Source: Candidatus Nanoarchaeia archaeon
GTDB lineage: Archaea; Nanobdellota; Nanobdellia; Woesearchaeales; ARS49
Reading direction: 5' to 3'
Assembly: GCA_041488275.1 (NCBI GenBank)
Contig: JBGPOY010000004.1
Coordinates: 795 to 64,794, forward strand
Length of the DNA: 64,000 nt
Shown here: piece by piece, positions 44,583 through 54,563 of the stretch
How positions within the stretch are numbered: position 1 is the first letter of the stretch
Layout of the letters: each line of letters starts with the position of its first letter
Notes under the pieces: model-generated
The model's database searches: none
The model's input: only the letters and a program-made list of their open reading frames with translations
Told to the model about the DNA's origin: nothing
Translations under genes and position numbers: made by a program

Positions 44583-45356
44583 TCACGGTGTTCCGTAGAT
44601 GAGTTTGTACGCATCGTTGCGCTCCCACAGAAACGAGAACGCCGGATTCTTGAAATGCTCGAGGATGAGTTTGGTGTCCTTCGGCAGGCACTTGCCGCCG
44701 ACGCCCTTGAGCGCGTCGCGGATGTCAATGTTCCATTTGGTGTTCGTCAGGCGCTTGATTTCGTTGAAGTTGTATCCTTTTTCCTCGAACATCATGCGCA
44801 TTTCCTGCGCGAGGATGATTTCCATCGCGCGATAAAAATTTTCGACGACCTTGGTCAATGCTGCGTGCGTGAAGTCGCTCGAATGCAGCAAGTCCTTCGG
44901 CATAAAGCGCGTGTAGAACTCGATTCCCCGAGACGTGGCGTGGTCGGTGACGCCGCCGATGACGCGGTCAAGGTTGAAAACGTAGTGCGCGGGGTCGTTC
45001 GGGTTGAACCGGTGCGGGCACGTGACCAAGTCGACGTTGCGCTGCGTGCCCCAGTCGACGAGCGAATCGTATTCGTTGGGGTCGAGCGTGCTTTCGATGG
45101 ACACGAGCGGTTCCTGGGCGAGGTTGAGCTTGGTGAGCACGTCCTTGACCTGCGCGGTCGTGTACGTCGCGACGATGTACACATCCGAAGGCGGAACCGT
45201 GTCCGAGACGCGGTAGCCGTCTTTGTGAAAGGCGTCGAGGCGTTCCTTGCTGATGTCGACGCCCGTGATGCGGTCGGTTTTTGCCTTGCGAGTCAGTTCC
45301 TTGAAGCTCTCGCTGCCGACTTCGCCCAAGCCAATGACGGTGATGTCCAACCCCAT
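44583..45356 (-). CDS. Short UDP-glucose/GDP-mannose dehydrogenase-family protein (NAD-binding and catalytic domains; C-terminal domain absent)
   Basis: VIGLGEVG Rossmann motif and the catalytic-Cys motif GGKCLPKD. Confidence 0.6.
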   Translation of the reverse strand: MGLDITVIGLGEVGSESFKELTRKAKTDRITGVDISKERLDAFHKDGYRVSDTVPPSDVYIVATYTTAQVKDVLTKLNLAQEPLVSIESTLDPNEYDSLVDWGTQRNVDLVTCPHRFNPNDPAHYVFNLDRVIGGVTDHATSRGIEFYTRFMPKDLLHSSDFTHAALTKVVENFYRAMEIILAQEMRMMFEEKGYNFNEIKRLTNTKWNIDIRDALKGVGGKCLPKDTKLILEHFKNPAFSFLWERNDAYKLIYGTP

Positions 45357-45391
45357 GCCTTCGTGACGTCAGGGGAGGGTTTAAATAGTTT

Positions 45392-46159
45392 TTGCACGGT
45401 GAATCGCGCATGCCTATCCCGCAATTCGTCAAGAGCGTGAAGCAATTGCACGACGCCGTTGCAACGGCGGCGAAGAACGGCATCGCGCTCACGGACGCTC
45501 CTTCGTCGAAGGTGCATGACTTCAAGGCGCAGCAGCGCGAAGCGATGCGCAGCTCCGTTCTCACGGGCATCGCGACGGTGGATATGAAGAGCCACGCGCT
45601 GTTCTCGCTCATTGACGCGGACGTAACGAACCGTCCGCTCGTGGAAGCAATCCTCAAACAAGTCGGAGAACTCGGGCAGACCAAGGACGTCGCGAAACTG
45701 CAGTCATTGGTCGGCCGTATTTCGGAGTTGGCTGTTGACCTGCCGCGTGAAACGTCGGACGCCGCCGCGCTGCCGAAACTGCCCGCCGACATCGCGGGCG
45801 ACATCGCCGCCGACTACGCCGAACTGCAGACCTGCCTGAAGTCCGGAGCGTACCGCAGCGCGGTCATCCTGTGCGGCAGGATTCTCGAGACGGCATTGCA
45901 CCGCAAGTATTTTGAACTCACGGGCAATGATTTGCTTGAGAAAGCTCCGGGCACCGGCTTGGGGAACCTCGTCGCGAAAATGTCGGAAAAAGGAGAAACC
46001 ATCGACCCGGGACTGGGCAACCAGATTCATCTCATCAACCAAGTGAGAGTTCACAGCGTGCACAAGAAACAGCAGCCGTTTTCTCCGTCGAAAGCGCAGG
46101 CGCAGGCCATCACGCTCTACACCATGGACGTCATCGCAAAGCTGTGGAAGTCGCCATGA
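45392..46159 (+). CDS. Hypothetical protein with a C-terminal DUF4145-like domain
   Basis: CLKSGAYRSAVILCGRILETALHRKYF...LGNLV...IDPGLGNQIHLINQVRVHSVHK fits the DUF4145 pattern. Confidence 0.45.
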   Translation: MHGESRMPIPQFVKSVKQLHDAVATAAKNGIALTDAPSSKVHDFKAQQREAMRSSVLTGIATVDMKSHALFSLIDADVTNRPLVEAILKQVGELGQTKDVAKLQSLVGRISELAVDLPRETSDAAALPKLPADIAGDIAADYAELQTCLKSGAYRSAVILCGRILETALHRKYFELTGNDLLEKAPGTGLGNLVAKMSEKGETIDPGLGNQIHLINQVRVHSVHKKQQPFSPSKAQAQAITLYTMDVIAKLWKSP

Positions 46160-46662
46160 TTACGGACTACGTCGCGTTGGGCGCGCTCATCTCGTGTCTC
46201 ATCACGGGGTTCGTGTTCGTGTTCTTCGGTCTGCCGGGAACGTACCTGCTGCTCGCAGGCGCGCTCTTGTATGACCTGATTACGTGGAGCTGGGCCATCG
46301 GCTCGGGTTCCATCCTGTTCCTGGTTTCCTTGGTCGCGTTCGGCGAGGCGTTCAACAGCATCGTCGGAGTGGCGGCCGCGCGCGGGTTCAAGAGCTCGTT
46401 CCTCGGCACAGTTGGCGCGATGATTGGCACCGTTGTTGGAGGCGTGCTCGGCATCCGCTACGACTTCATCGGCATCCTTTCCGGCATTCTCCTCGGCGGA
46501 CTGTTCGGCGCGTTCCTGCTTGAATTCATCCGCTTGGTCAGCGTGCGCGAGGCAGGCGTCGCCAGCATGGGTGCGTTCCTCGGGCGCGTGATGAGCATCT
46601 TCATTCGTTTCGAGGCGGCAATGATGATGATTGTCGTCATCGCGCTGTCGTCGTTGACGTAA
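46144..46662 (+). CDS. DUF456-like integral membrane protein
   Basis: FVFVFFGLPGTYLLLAGALLYDL and four transmembrane helices. Confidence 0.6.
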   Translation: MEVAMITDYVALGALISCLITGFVFVFFGLPGTYLLLAGALLYDLITWSWAIGSGSILFLVSLVAFGEAFNSIVGVAAARGFKSSFLGTVGAMIGTVVGGVLGIRYDFIGILSGILLGGLFGAFLLEFIRLVSVREAGVASMGAFLGRVMSIFIRFEAAMMMIVVIALSSLT

Positions 46663-46710
46663 TTCTCGAGTCGCTAAATGTTTTTATAGCGAGCACGAAT
46701 GAAGTGACGC

Positions 46711-46959
46711 ATGCTTACGAGGACGTATATCGACAAAGTGAAACGTCTTGAGCAACAAACGGGTCCGCTAGATTGTGAACTGACAGTCGGAACGATTTGG
46801 TCGAGACGTCCTTGGGCGTTGGATGATACGTACATCAAGCCTGAGACGAAATTCCCGCGTTCCATTTCATTAAAGCGCGCCTACTCAAGACGTGAAGAAA
46901 GCAAGGAATATGAGATACCGCGCGGCTTTTTCACATCACGCTTTTACGTTACGCACTAA
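46711..46959 (+). CDS. Small basic hypothetical protein (82 aa) in a lower-GC patch
   Basis: TATA tttttatag about 25 bp upstream (leaderless spacing). Converges on the alaS stop. Confidence 0.35.
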   Translation: MLTRTYIDKVKRLEQQTGPLDCELTVGTIWSRRPWALDDTYIKPETKFPRSISLKRAYSRREESKEYEIPRGFFTSRFYVTH

Positions 46960-49488
46960 CTATTGCTTCTTTTTCTTCCACTCAGCAAGTTCGCTGATGA
47001 AGCGCTGCAGCGTCTTGATGACGTTTTCGGGCTGCGTCTGCAGGATCTCGGCAGCTTGAGCAAATGCGTCGCCCGTCGCTGTTTCTGAAGAAACGAAGCG
47101 GAGCCAGTCGGGCTCGATGGGCTTCTGTGATTGGAACGCCTTGCGGGCTTTCTTCCACTTGTCAAAGATCTCCTGCACGCGAGGAGCGATTTGTTTCGGC
47201 AGGCAGCCGAGGAAGTGCGCCAGTTCCTCGACTTTCTTGCGCTGGTCCTGTTCCAAAAGCTCGGCGGCTTTGCCCGCCACGAACGTGATGCGGACGACGC
47301 CGTCCTTGACCTTGCTTGCTTTCAGCAGCTTGATGCGCCCGGCTTCTTTCGTGTTGTGCAGGTGCGTCCCGCCGCACGCTTCGACATCCACTTCAGGAAT
47401 TTCGACGATGCGGAGCACTTTGCCCGGTACGGCTCCCCCTTGATAGATGCCCATGCCGTACTTTTGTTCGGCCTCGGTGCGCGGCACGAACTTCAGGCGC
47501 GTGGGAATCGCCTCGTCCACGATGCGGTTGGCTTCCTTCTCAATCGTGTCGAGTTCTTCCTGCGTCAGGAGCTGGAAATGCGTGATGTCGATGTGCGCCT
47601 TGTCAATGTCCTTCTTCGCGCTCGCTTGGTTGATGTGGTTGCCGAGAATTCGCCGGGCCGCGGCGTTCACGATGTGCGTTGCGGTGTGGTGCTGCGCCAA
47701 CTGCGTGCGGCGTTCGAGATTGATTTTGCCCGTGACCATCGCGCCTTGGTTCACGCGCGAGGCGTCGTCCAGCACGTGGACGATGACGCCTCCCTGCTTG
47801 AAGATGTCCGTGACCGGGTGCCCGTCGAGCGTTCCCAAGTCGTGCAGTTGTCCGCCGCTCGTCGGGTAAAAGTATGTCTCGTTGAGAATGACATTGTTGC
47901 CGATGACCTTGGCGACTTTCGCGGTGAAGTCCACTTTTGCCCAGTCTTCGTAATACCTTGCGACCGTGTCCGGCACGCCCGCGAGGTCGAGCTTTTCTTC
48001 GCGCACCGTGGCGTGTTCCTGTTCCTTCTGTTCGTGCTTCGCCGCGACGACCGCGTAGAAGTTGTCGGGAACCGTGATTTTCTTGCCCTGCTTGGCGGCT
48101 TCCTCGGCAATCATGTCGGGGTTGATGCCTTGATTGTCATAGAGTTCGACCAAGTCGTCGGTCGTGAGCTCCTTGTCCAAAGCGCGTGCGAGCAATTGTG
48201 ACATCTTTTGCTTGGTCGCGTCGTACTTGCTTTTTTCAACGCTGAGAATCTGGTGCACTTCCGCAAGATGTTCCCGCAATTCAGGGAACAACGGCTTGAG
48301 ATAGTCCGCGTGCCACTCCGCAATCTGGGGAAGGTTGACGTTCCACTGGTGCTTGTCGATGAACTGCAGCGCCCGACGAAGGATGACGCGGAGGTTGTAC
48401 ATGCCGCCGACGTTCGAGGGCAGCGCGCCGTCCGCAAGCGCGACCAAAAGAGAACGCGTGTGCTCAGCGACTGAATAGAGCGCGGCTTGCGTGCCGATGC
48501 GTTTCTTCAGTTCGTCCTTGTCCTCGCCGATGGCGTCGGCGACGCGTTTCCACGCGCCGTCAAGGTCTTCGACTTCGTCGACGTTGAGATAGGAGGCGTG
48601 CGGAAGGAAGCGCGACATCAGTTCTTCGTCCATTTTGACGCCGGTCGCGTTGCGCAGGTGCTTCATGACTTCAGGAAAGGTCGTTTCGTAGCTCGTGCTT
48701 CTGCCTTGCGAGAACCACGCGTTGCGCTCGTGACCCATACCCATGTCGAGAACCTTGAGCGGCAACGGCTTGAATCCGCTATCCGTGTTTTGGAAACTCA
48801 TGTAGACTTGGTTGCCGAGCTCCAAGCCGCCCGAGAAGAACTCCATCGACGGGCCGGAGTTGCCGCCGCCCGCCCACGCGTCCTCGTGGAACGTGATGTC
48901 ATCGTTCTTCAGCCCCAATCCCTGCTTGAGCCAGTTGTGGATGTCGCGGAAATACTTGGGCTGGTCGTACTTGTCCGGAGGCATGAACGCGTGCTGTCCA
49001 ATCATCACGAATCCGGTATAGTGCGCGCCCGTGATGCCGACGTTGTCAATGTCGTTGAAGCGCAAGCAGAACTGCGGAACGACGAGCGGGTTTGCCGGAG
49101 GCGCGACTTCGCCCGTGACGACGTACGGCTGGAAGTCATAGATGGACGCCTGCACGAAGTCCGTGTCTTGGCGCCAGCGCGCGACGACCGGATACCGTTT
49201 GATGGGCGTGTAACCCCATTTGTTGAACAGTTTTGAGAACTTCTGCCACGTCTCGATGTAGTCGAGCTGGAATTTTGCGGGAGAGTTGCCGAGGAAGCGA
49301 AAACCTCCGGAACAGCCGGGGTCGCCGCACACGGGACTGGGTCGCGTGCTCCAGAACCATCTGCCGCATTTCGAGCATTGGTGGCGGGCAAAGCCTTCTT
49401 CCTTGAGAACGCCCGTGGCGTAGTACTTGTCAGGGCTCTTCGAAGCGAGCGCTTTCAGCTGGACTTTTGCCTCTTTGTCCGACAACAT
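46960..49488 (-). CDS. alaS: Alanyl-tRNA synthetase (archaeal type)
   Basis: 842 aa, class II AlaRS catalytic core, editing domain (HTATHI... CGGTH). Confidence 0.9.
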   Translation of the reverse strand: MLSDKEAKVQLKALASKSPDKYYATGVLKEEGFARHQCSKCGRWFWSTRPSPVCGDPGCSGGFRFLGNSPAKFQLDYIETWQKFSKLFNKWGYTPIKRYPVVARWRQDTDFVQASIYDFQPYVVTGEVAPPANPLVVPQFCLRFNDIDNVGITGAHYTGFVMIGQHAFMPPDKYDQPKYFRDIHNWLKQGLGLKNDDITFHEDAWAGGGNSGPSMEFFSGGLELGNQVYMSFQNTDSGFKPLPLKVLDMGMGHERNAWFSQGRSTSYETTFPEVMKHLRNATGVKMDEELMSRFLPHASYLNVDEVEDLDGAWKRVADAIGEDKDELKKRIGTQAALYSVAEHTRSLLVALADGALPSNVGGMYNLRVILRRALQFIDKHQWNVNLPQIAEWHADYLKPLFPELREHLAEVHQILSVEKSKYDATKQKMSQLLARALDKELTTDDLVELYDNQGINPDMIAEEAAKQGKKITVPDNFYAVVAAKHEQKEQEHATVREEKLDLAGVPDTVARYYEDWAKVDFTAKVAKVIGNNVILNETYFYPTSGGQLHDLGTLDGHPVTDIFKQGGVIVHVLDDASRVNQGAMVTGKINLERRTQLAQHHTATHIVNAAARRILGNHINQASAKKDIDKAHIDITHFQLLTQEELDTIEKEANRIVDEAIPTRLKFVPRTEAEQKYGMGIYQGGAVPGKVLRIVEIPEVDVEACGGTHLHNTKEAGRIKLLKASKVKDGVVRITFVAGKAAELLEQDQRKKVEELAHFLGCLPKQIAPRVQEIFDKWKKARKAFQSQKPIEPDWLRFVSSETATGDAFAQAAEILQTQPENVIKTLQRFISELAEWKKKKQ

Positions 49489-49565
49489 GAGCAGAAAGCG
49501 ACGAAAGCTATTCTTAAAGGTTATGCAAACGTACGAGAGTTTTTACTCAGGTCGTCGTTGGTATG

Positions 49566-49606
49566 AGAAAAAACGAGAAAAATAAAAAAAAGAAAAACAA
49601 AACAGA
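49566..49606 (-). terminator. Oligo-T tract (on the minus strand) immediately downstream of the surface-protein gene
   Basis: The plus strand is A-rich (gagaaaaaacgagaaaaataaaaaaaagaaaaacaaaac), which gives T-runs on the coding strand right after the stop at 49612. Confidence 0.4.
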
Positions 49607-49611
49607 GTTGT

Positions 49612-50553
49612 TTATTCGTCCTTGCTGGACAACTTGCTGACGCCCAGGATGATCGCGACGATCACCAAGAGGCCCACGAGGACGAGGAGGATTCCCTCGA
49701 GGACGCTGCGGAGCGTGCTCTTCTCGGCCGGAGCCGGAGTGCTCGCAACGGGCGTAGTCGTGACAACAACAGGAGCCGGAGCAGCCTTGACGGGTGCCGC
49801 TTCGATGCTGACCGCGCGGGTTGCGCTTGCGCTGTCGTGGTCGTCGTTGTAGCTGACGTCAACCTTGACTTGGTAGTCGCCGGTCTTGACGTCCGACGGG
49901 ATGCGGATGTACATCTCTTCGGTGTCTTCCTGGTGGTTGTCGCCGCGGACCTTGCTGATGTAGCTGGTCGCGCTGACTCCCAATTCCGGAATGCTGACGT
50001 GGACGCGGACGTTGGTTTCGTCCTTCTGGCCGAAGTTCTGGACACGCACGGACGTCAGGAGTGCCTGACCCGCGATGACCGATCCTTCGGGAGAGAAGAC
50101 GACATCCTTGACGATGACGTCGTGGCGGGGCTGGTCGAGGACCAAGCTGTAGTCCTGGACGACTGCGCCGCTGTTGCGGTCCGTGACCGTGATGCGCAGT
50201 TGGTAGCTGTCCGACTGTGCGTCGGCAGGCAGACTGAGAGACAGGCTCTTCTTGTACGTAGTGTTTTCCTGCGTCGCGAAGAGGTCGCTGGTGTCAGAAA
50301 TGCTGCCGTGTTCGTAGCCCGTGATTTGGGCTTCGACGCGGACGTTGTCGGCCGCTTCCGTGGAAGTAAGCCAGACATTCACCGCAAAGGTGTTGCCGTT
50401 CTCAAGAGAGAGACGGTTAATCTGATTCTCGAAGACAGTCGTTCCGTCGACTTCAACCTTGTCAACCGACGGCAGTGCCGAAACGGCGCCTGCGACGGCA
50501 AACATGGTCAAGAGCATCAACGTGACGATGCCAAACAGTTTGTTCGCTTTCAT
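49612..50553 (-). CDS. Cell-surface protein: signal peptide, two beta-rich domains, Pro/Thr/Ala linker, C-terminal transmembrane anchor
   Basis: MKANKLFGIVTLMLLTMFAVAGAVSA signal; APVKAAPAPVVVTTTPVASTPAPA linker; LVLVGLLVIVAIILGV anchor. Confidence 0.7.
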   Translation of the reverse strand: MKANKLFGIVTLMLLTMFAVAGAVSALPSVDKVEVDGTTVFENQINRLSLENGNTFAVNVWLTSTEAADNVRVEAQITGYEHGSISDTSDLFATQENTTYKKSLSLSLPADAQSDSYQLRITVTDRNSGAVVQDYSLVLDQPRHDVIVKDVVFSPEGSVIAGQALLTSVRVQNFGQKDETNVRVHVSIPELGVSATSYISKVRGDNHQEDTEEMYIRIPSDVKTGDYQVKVDVSYNDDHDSASATRAVSIEAAPVKAAPAPVVVTTTPVASTPAPAEKSTLRSVLEGILLVLVGLLVIVAIILGVSKLSSKDE

Positions 50554-50730
50554 TGCAAAATCCCCCTCACTTTTGCTCTAGGAGCATTAGTGTGTTACCT
50601 CTGTGAGAGAGCGACCCCTATTTAAACCTTTCTGTTCTATTAGCACTATGCAGTAGCAAAAACGCGCCCAAAGCGTTGGCGGCTGGTGCCCACCAAAGAT
50701 ATATAAACGTCGCAGAAGCATGTTTTCCGC

Positions 50731-52476
50731 ATGATGCGCCAGCCGATTGTGACCATCCTCGGTCACGTGGACTACGGAAAAACAAGCCTGTTGGACTACA
50801 TCCGCGGCTCGGCTGTCGCGGCAAAGGAAGCGGGAGGCATCACGCAAGCCATTGGCGCCAGCATCATTCCTCTGGAAACCATCCGCAAAGTCTGCGGAGC
50901 GTTGCTCGACCAGCTCAAGCTGAAGCTCACGGTTCCCGGATTACTATTTATCGACACCCCCGGACACGCAGCGTTCATTAATTTGCGCAAGCGAGGCGGC
51001 AACCTCGCGGACATCGCGATTCTCGTGGTCGACATCACGAAAGGGTTGGAGCCGCAGACGGTCGAGTGTATCCAGATTCTCAAGCAGTACAAGACGCCGT
51101 TCATCATCGCGCTCAACAAGGTCGACACGCTCGAAGGCTGGAAGTCCGGCGAGAAGTCCCTGCTGAAAGGCATCGCGTCGCAGTCCGAACTGACGCAGCG
51201 ATTGTTCGAGACCAAGCTGTACGAAGTGGTCGGCAAGCTGTTCGAGCTCGGCTTCGAGGCAGAACGCTTCGACCGCGTGGGCGATTATACAAAACAGATT
51301 GCGCTCGTTCCGACCAGCGCGAAAACCGGTCAAGGCATTCCCGAACTCTTGATGGTGCTTACGGGACTGGCTCAGAAATTCTTGGAAAGTTCGCTGCACG
51401 CAGTTTCCGGTCCTGCGAAAGGAACTATACTCGAAGTCAAAGATACTGCCGGCTTGGGCGTCACGCTCGACGCCATCATTTACGAAGGCGTGTTGAAGGC
51501 GGGCGACACTATTGTTATCGGCGGCGCTGAACAGCCCGTCGTGACGCGCGTGAAAGCGCTGCTCGTTCCTGACGCTCTTGCGGAGATGCGTGAGAAGAAA
51601 ACCAAGTTCCATGCCATCAAGGAAGTCGTCGCCGCGATGGGCGTCAAGATTTCCGCGACGGACATCGAAACCGTGCAGTCAGGAATGCCGTTCTTGGTCG
51701 CCAAGGACGTTGAACAGGCAAAGCTTGACGTGCAGAAGGACGTCGAAGCAGTCACCTTGCAGACCGCTGAATCAGGCATTGTCGTGAAGGCGGACACGCT
51801 TGGCTCGCTGGAAGCATTGAGCTTTTTGCTGAACGAAAAGAAAATTCCCATCAAGAAAGCGAGCGTCGGTCCCATCGCGAAAAAGGACTTCTCGGACGCG
51901 CAGGCGAACGCATCGAAGGACGAACTGCTCGGCGTGATTCTCGGCTTCAACATTCCTGTTCCTGAAGGCATTCCTGAAGGCATCAAGGTGTTGACGAACC
52001 CCATTATTTACCGCCTGATTGAGGACTACGAGCAGTGGCTCGCGGGGATGCGCAAGAACCTCGTTACGGGAGAACTTAACAAGCTCACCAAGCCTGCAAA
52101 AATTCAACTGCTTACCGGTTACGTGTTCCGCCAGAGCAACCCTGCGGTCGTCGGAACGGAAGTGCTTGCCGGCACGTTGAGACCGGGAACGCAGTTGATG
52201 AAGCCGACCCGCGAAATCATCACGGACGCGCGCACGGTGCAGGAAGAGCAGAAAAGCATTCCCGAAGCAAAACGAGGAATGCGCGTCGCGGTGTCGTATC
52301 CCGGCGTTATCGTCGGGCGGCAGTTGAAGGAAGGAGACATTCTCTACAGCGCGATTACTGAGAAAGAGTTCCGTCAGTACAAGGAGTTCAAGGACGCGCT
52401 GACGGCTGAAGAAAAGGAATTGCTTAAGGAGATTGCCACTATCATGCGCGAAAAGAACCCCGTGTGGGGCGTGTAA
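50731..52476 (+). CDS. infB: Translation initiation factor aIF5B (IF2 homolog)
   Basis: G domain ILGHVDYGKTSLLD, DTPGHAAF, NKVD. No intein. TATA gatatataaa about 25 bp upstream. Confidence 0.9.
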   Translation: MMRQPIVTILGHVDYGKTSLLDYIRGSAVAAKEAGGITQAIGASIIPLETIRKVCGALLDQLKLKLTVPGLLFIDTPGHAAFINLRKRGGNLADIAILVVDITKGLEPQTVECIQILKQYKTPFIIALNKVDTLEGWKSGEKSLLKGIASQSELTQRLFETKLYEVVGKLFELGFEAERFDRVGDYTKQIALVPTSAKTGQGIPELLMVLTGLAQKFLESSLHAVSGPAKGTILEVKDTAGLGVTLDAIIYEGVLKAGDTIVIGGAEQPVVTRVKALLVPDALAEMREKKTKFHAIKEVVAAMGVKISATDIETVQSGMPFLVAKDVEQAKLDVQKDVEAVTLQTAESGIVVKADTLGSLEALSFLLNEKKIPIKKASVGPIAKKDFSDAQANASKDELLGVILGFNIPVPEGIPEGIKVLTNPIIYRLIEDYEQWLAGMRKNLVTGELNKLTKPAKIQLLTGYVFRQSNPAVVGTEVLAGTLRPGTQLMKPTREIITDARTVQEEQKSIPEAKRGMRVAVSYPGVIVGRQLKEGDILYSAITEKEFRQYKEFKDALTAEEKELLKEIATIMREKNPVWGV

Positions 52477-52477
52477 G

Positions 52478-52927
52478 ATGGACTGGGCGGTTCTCACGTC
52501 CAAGGACATCCGCGCCGTGCACGCCCAGCTCGAGGAGCAGTTTGGTTTCGCGGGCAAACTTGACTACGCGTTTCTCAAGAATCACGAGAACAATTTGTAT
52601 ATGGTCACGCGCGACGTTTCGCTCGTTGACTGGAAAAAACTGCACGTCACGAGCATGGGCTCGTACTTTGCCGAGCAAAAGAAGGGTTTGCGACTTAGCA
52701 TTGAGGGCTCCCAGTTAGTTGGTCCGAACGCGACCAAGAACGTCTTTGAGCTGAAGGATGAAGAAGTCATGCCGTGGCTGAAAGGTCACGACTTGTCGAC
52801 GAAGTCGCCGCTCGTGGGGCTCGTGATTGTGCGGCACAAGAACGACTATTTCGGCTGCGGTTCGGTGAAAGAAGGAATTCTGCTGAACTTCGTGCCGAAG
52901 ATTCGACGATTGCCGGCTCAGGCTTGA
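52478..52927 (+). CDS. NIP7-like pre-rRNA-processing protein with C-terminal PUA domain (UPF0113)
   Basis: LHVTSMGSYFAE...GLVIVRHKNDYFGCG pattern matches NIP7. Confidence 0.65.
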   Translation: MDWAVLTSKDIRAVHAQLEEQFGFAGKLDYAFLKNHENNLYMVTRDVSLVDWKKLHVTSMGSYFAEQKKGLRLSIEGSQLVGPNATKNVFELKDEEVMPWLKGHDLSTKSPLVGLVIVRHKNDYFGCGSVKEGILLNFVPKIRRLPAQA

Positions 52928-53376
52928 TTCCAGAACTTATCGCCAACCCAGTGCAGATTCTTGACGACTTTGCCTGACGCTGCCGCGCTGGCGTCGGCGC
53001 CGGAGAGCAGCATTTTGCCGACGGCGAGTGGCTTCTTGTTGTTGATGTCGACCACGACCACGATGTCGTCCTTCGCGATGTTGGGCGCGAATTCCTTGAT
53101 GCCGGGGCGCATCACGTCAGCCCCTGCGACGACGAACTTCACGGCGCCCATATCGACCACGATTTTCTTCAAAATGTCGTGCGTGAGCAGGTAGCGCAGG
53201 TGCGGAATGGCGCCTGCGTCGGTGGCGATGAACGCCGGCTGCTGGTTCACGGTCCAGCGCCTTCCGGCGTCGTCTTCGATGTAATCGATGTGGTCTTTCG
53301 GCGTGAACGTGACGTGGAACGACTTCAGCGATGACTGAAATTCCTCAAGGTCGTGTTTGCTGAGCTGTTTCTTCAT
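52918..53376 (-). CDS. PUA-domain RNA-binding protein (MCT-1/Tma20-like, TIGR00451-type)
   Basis: DDIVVVVDINNKKPLAVGKMLLSGAD...GKVVKNLHWVGDKFW. Confidence 0.65.
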   Translation of the reverse strand: MKKQLSKHDLEEFQSSLKSFHVTFTPKDHIDYIEDDAGRRWTVNQQPAFIATDAGAIPHLRYLLTHDILKKIVVDMGAVKFVVAGADVMRPGIKEFAPNIAKDDIVVVVDINNKKPLAVGKMLLSGADASAAASGKVVKNLHWVGDKFWNQA

Positions 53377-54104
53377 GCCTTTTCCACCGTTGTGATGATG
53401 GTCTGGTAGTCCTCGAGCGTGAGGCGCGGAACTTCGGTCGCGAGCAGCGCGTCGGAAAGCCCGAGCGCGTCGACAAACGCGCCGCCTTCGCGCTTGGTTG
53501 ACTTTTTCCACAGCACGTACGTTTCGCGCAGCGCGTTCTTCACTTTCTTGTCGCGCTGCAGGAACAGTTGCTGGACAAACAAGTCGTGAGTCGATTCCGG
53601 CAGTTTCTTTTTGATGACGAAGATACAGAGGTTGGTGTCCGGCGCGGGCGTCAGCGACTCAGGCGCGACCTCATCCTTGGTTTCCATCGTGAAAAAGGCG
53701 TTGGCGAGGAACGCGAGCACGGTGTCATCGTCCTGCAGCTTGCCGGCGAACGACGTCGGAACGAGCAGCACTGCAATTTCGAAGTCCGTGCGGAACAGGT
53801 GATACGTGAGCGATTCAAGAATGCTGAACGGCAGGTTGCTGATGATTTTGTTCGCGGTCAGGGGAACGCGCATCGCATCGGCTTCCAGCACCGTGACGTT
53901 CGGAAGCGTGCGCAATTGCGCAGTGAGCGACGGGTCTTTCTCGACGGCAATGATGCTCTTGCACGCGGGGATGCGTCGCGTGATGGCGCCTGAACCGGCG
54001 CCGATGTCCATCACGATGTCTGTCGGCTTGATGCGCGCTTCCTGCACCATCCTTCGGATGACCTTTCCGTCCGTCAGAAAGTGCTGGTCGTTGATGTCGG
54101 TCAT
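53373..54104 (-). CDS. rsmA: 16S rRNA (adenine-N6,N6)-dimethyltransferase KsgA/Dim1
   Basis: SAM motif VMDIGAGSGAIT, NLPFSI. Start set at MTDINDQHF (ATG 54104), which has a reverse TATA about 24 bp upstream. Confidence 0.85.
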   Translation of the reverse strand: MTDINDQHFLTDGKVIRRMVQEARIKPTDIVMDIGAGSGAITRRIPACKSIIAVEKDPSLTAQLRTLPNVTVLEADAMRVPLTANKIISNLPFSILESLTYHLFRTDFEIAVLLVPTSFAGKLQDDDTVLAFLANAFFTMETKDEVAPESLTPAPDTNLCIFVIKKKLPESTHDLFVQQLFLQRDKKVKNALRETYVLWKKSTKREGGAFVDALGLSDALLATEVPRLTLEDYQTIITTVEKA

Positions 54105-54177
54105 GCCCTTTGGGGAGGAAAATATGGTTTTTAAGCGTTGTGCAAGACTTTTATGGAACGTGCGGTGCAGAGGGAGT

Positions 54178-54510
54178 ATGACGCTCGAACAGCTGTGCCA
54201 GATGCCGGTCAAGAAAGCAAAGCAATTGCTCCACCGCGAGGCGAGGCTCGTGTGCTTTGGCGACGAGTACGTGCAGCAGGTGACCGGCGACGGGATGGAA
54301 GTGAAGGAAACGCGCGAAGGAATGGTTGACCAAGAGTGCCGTATTGCGCGCGCGTTGCTCGACATCAACGTGGCATTTCAAACGTGCAGGTATATCTCGC
54401 AGGATCCGCGCATGCACGAGCGTCCGTCGGTGATGCAGGTCTGGAAACGAGTCGCAAGCGCATACCAGCAGGTGGTTGCGCGATGGAAGTACGTCTGGAA
54501 TTCTGCATAG
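54178..54510 (+). CDS. Hypothetical protein (110 aa)
   Basis: TATA-like cttttatgg about 24 bp upstream of the ATG. No family recognised. Confidence 0.4.
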   Translation: MTLEQLCQMPVKKAKQLLHREARLVCFGDEYVQQVTGDGMEVKETREGMVDQECRIARALLDINVAFQTCRYISQDPRMHERPSVMQVWKRVASAYQQVVARWKYVWNSA

Positions 54511-54563
54511 TCAAATCGATTTGAGCTACAGGATTATATAGCAGGTCTGCGTCGTTTCAAAGG

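Noticed and set aside
53806-54177. 5' extension of ORF 53806-54510 running antisense through ksgA
   Set aside because: It is antisense to KsgA. Only the part after ATG 54178, which has its own TATA, is retained as a low-confidence hypothetical.
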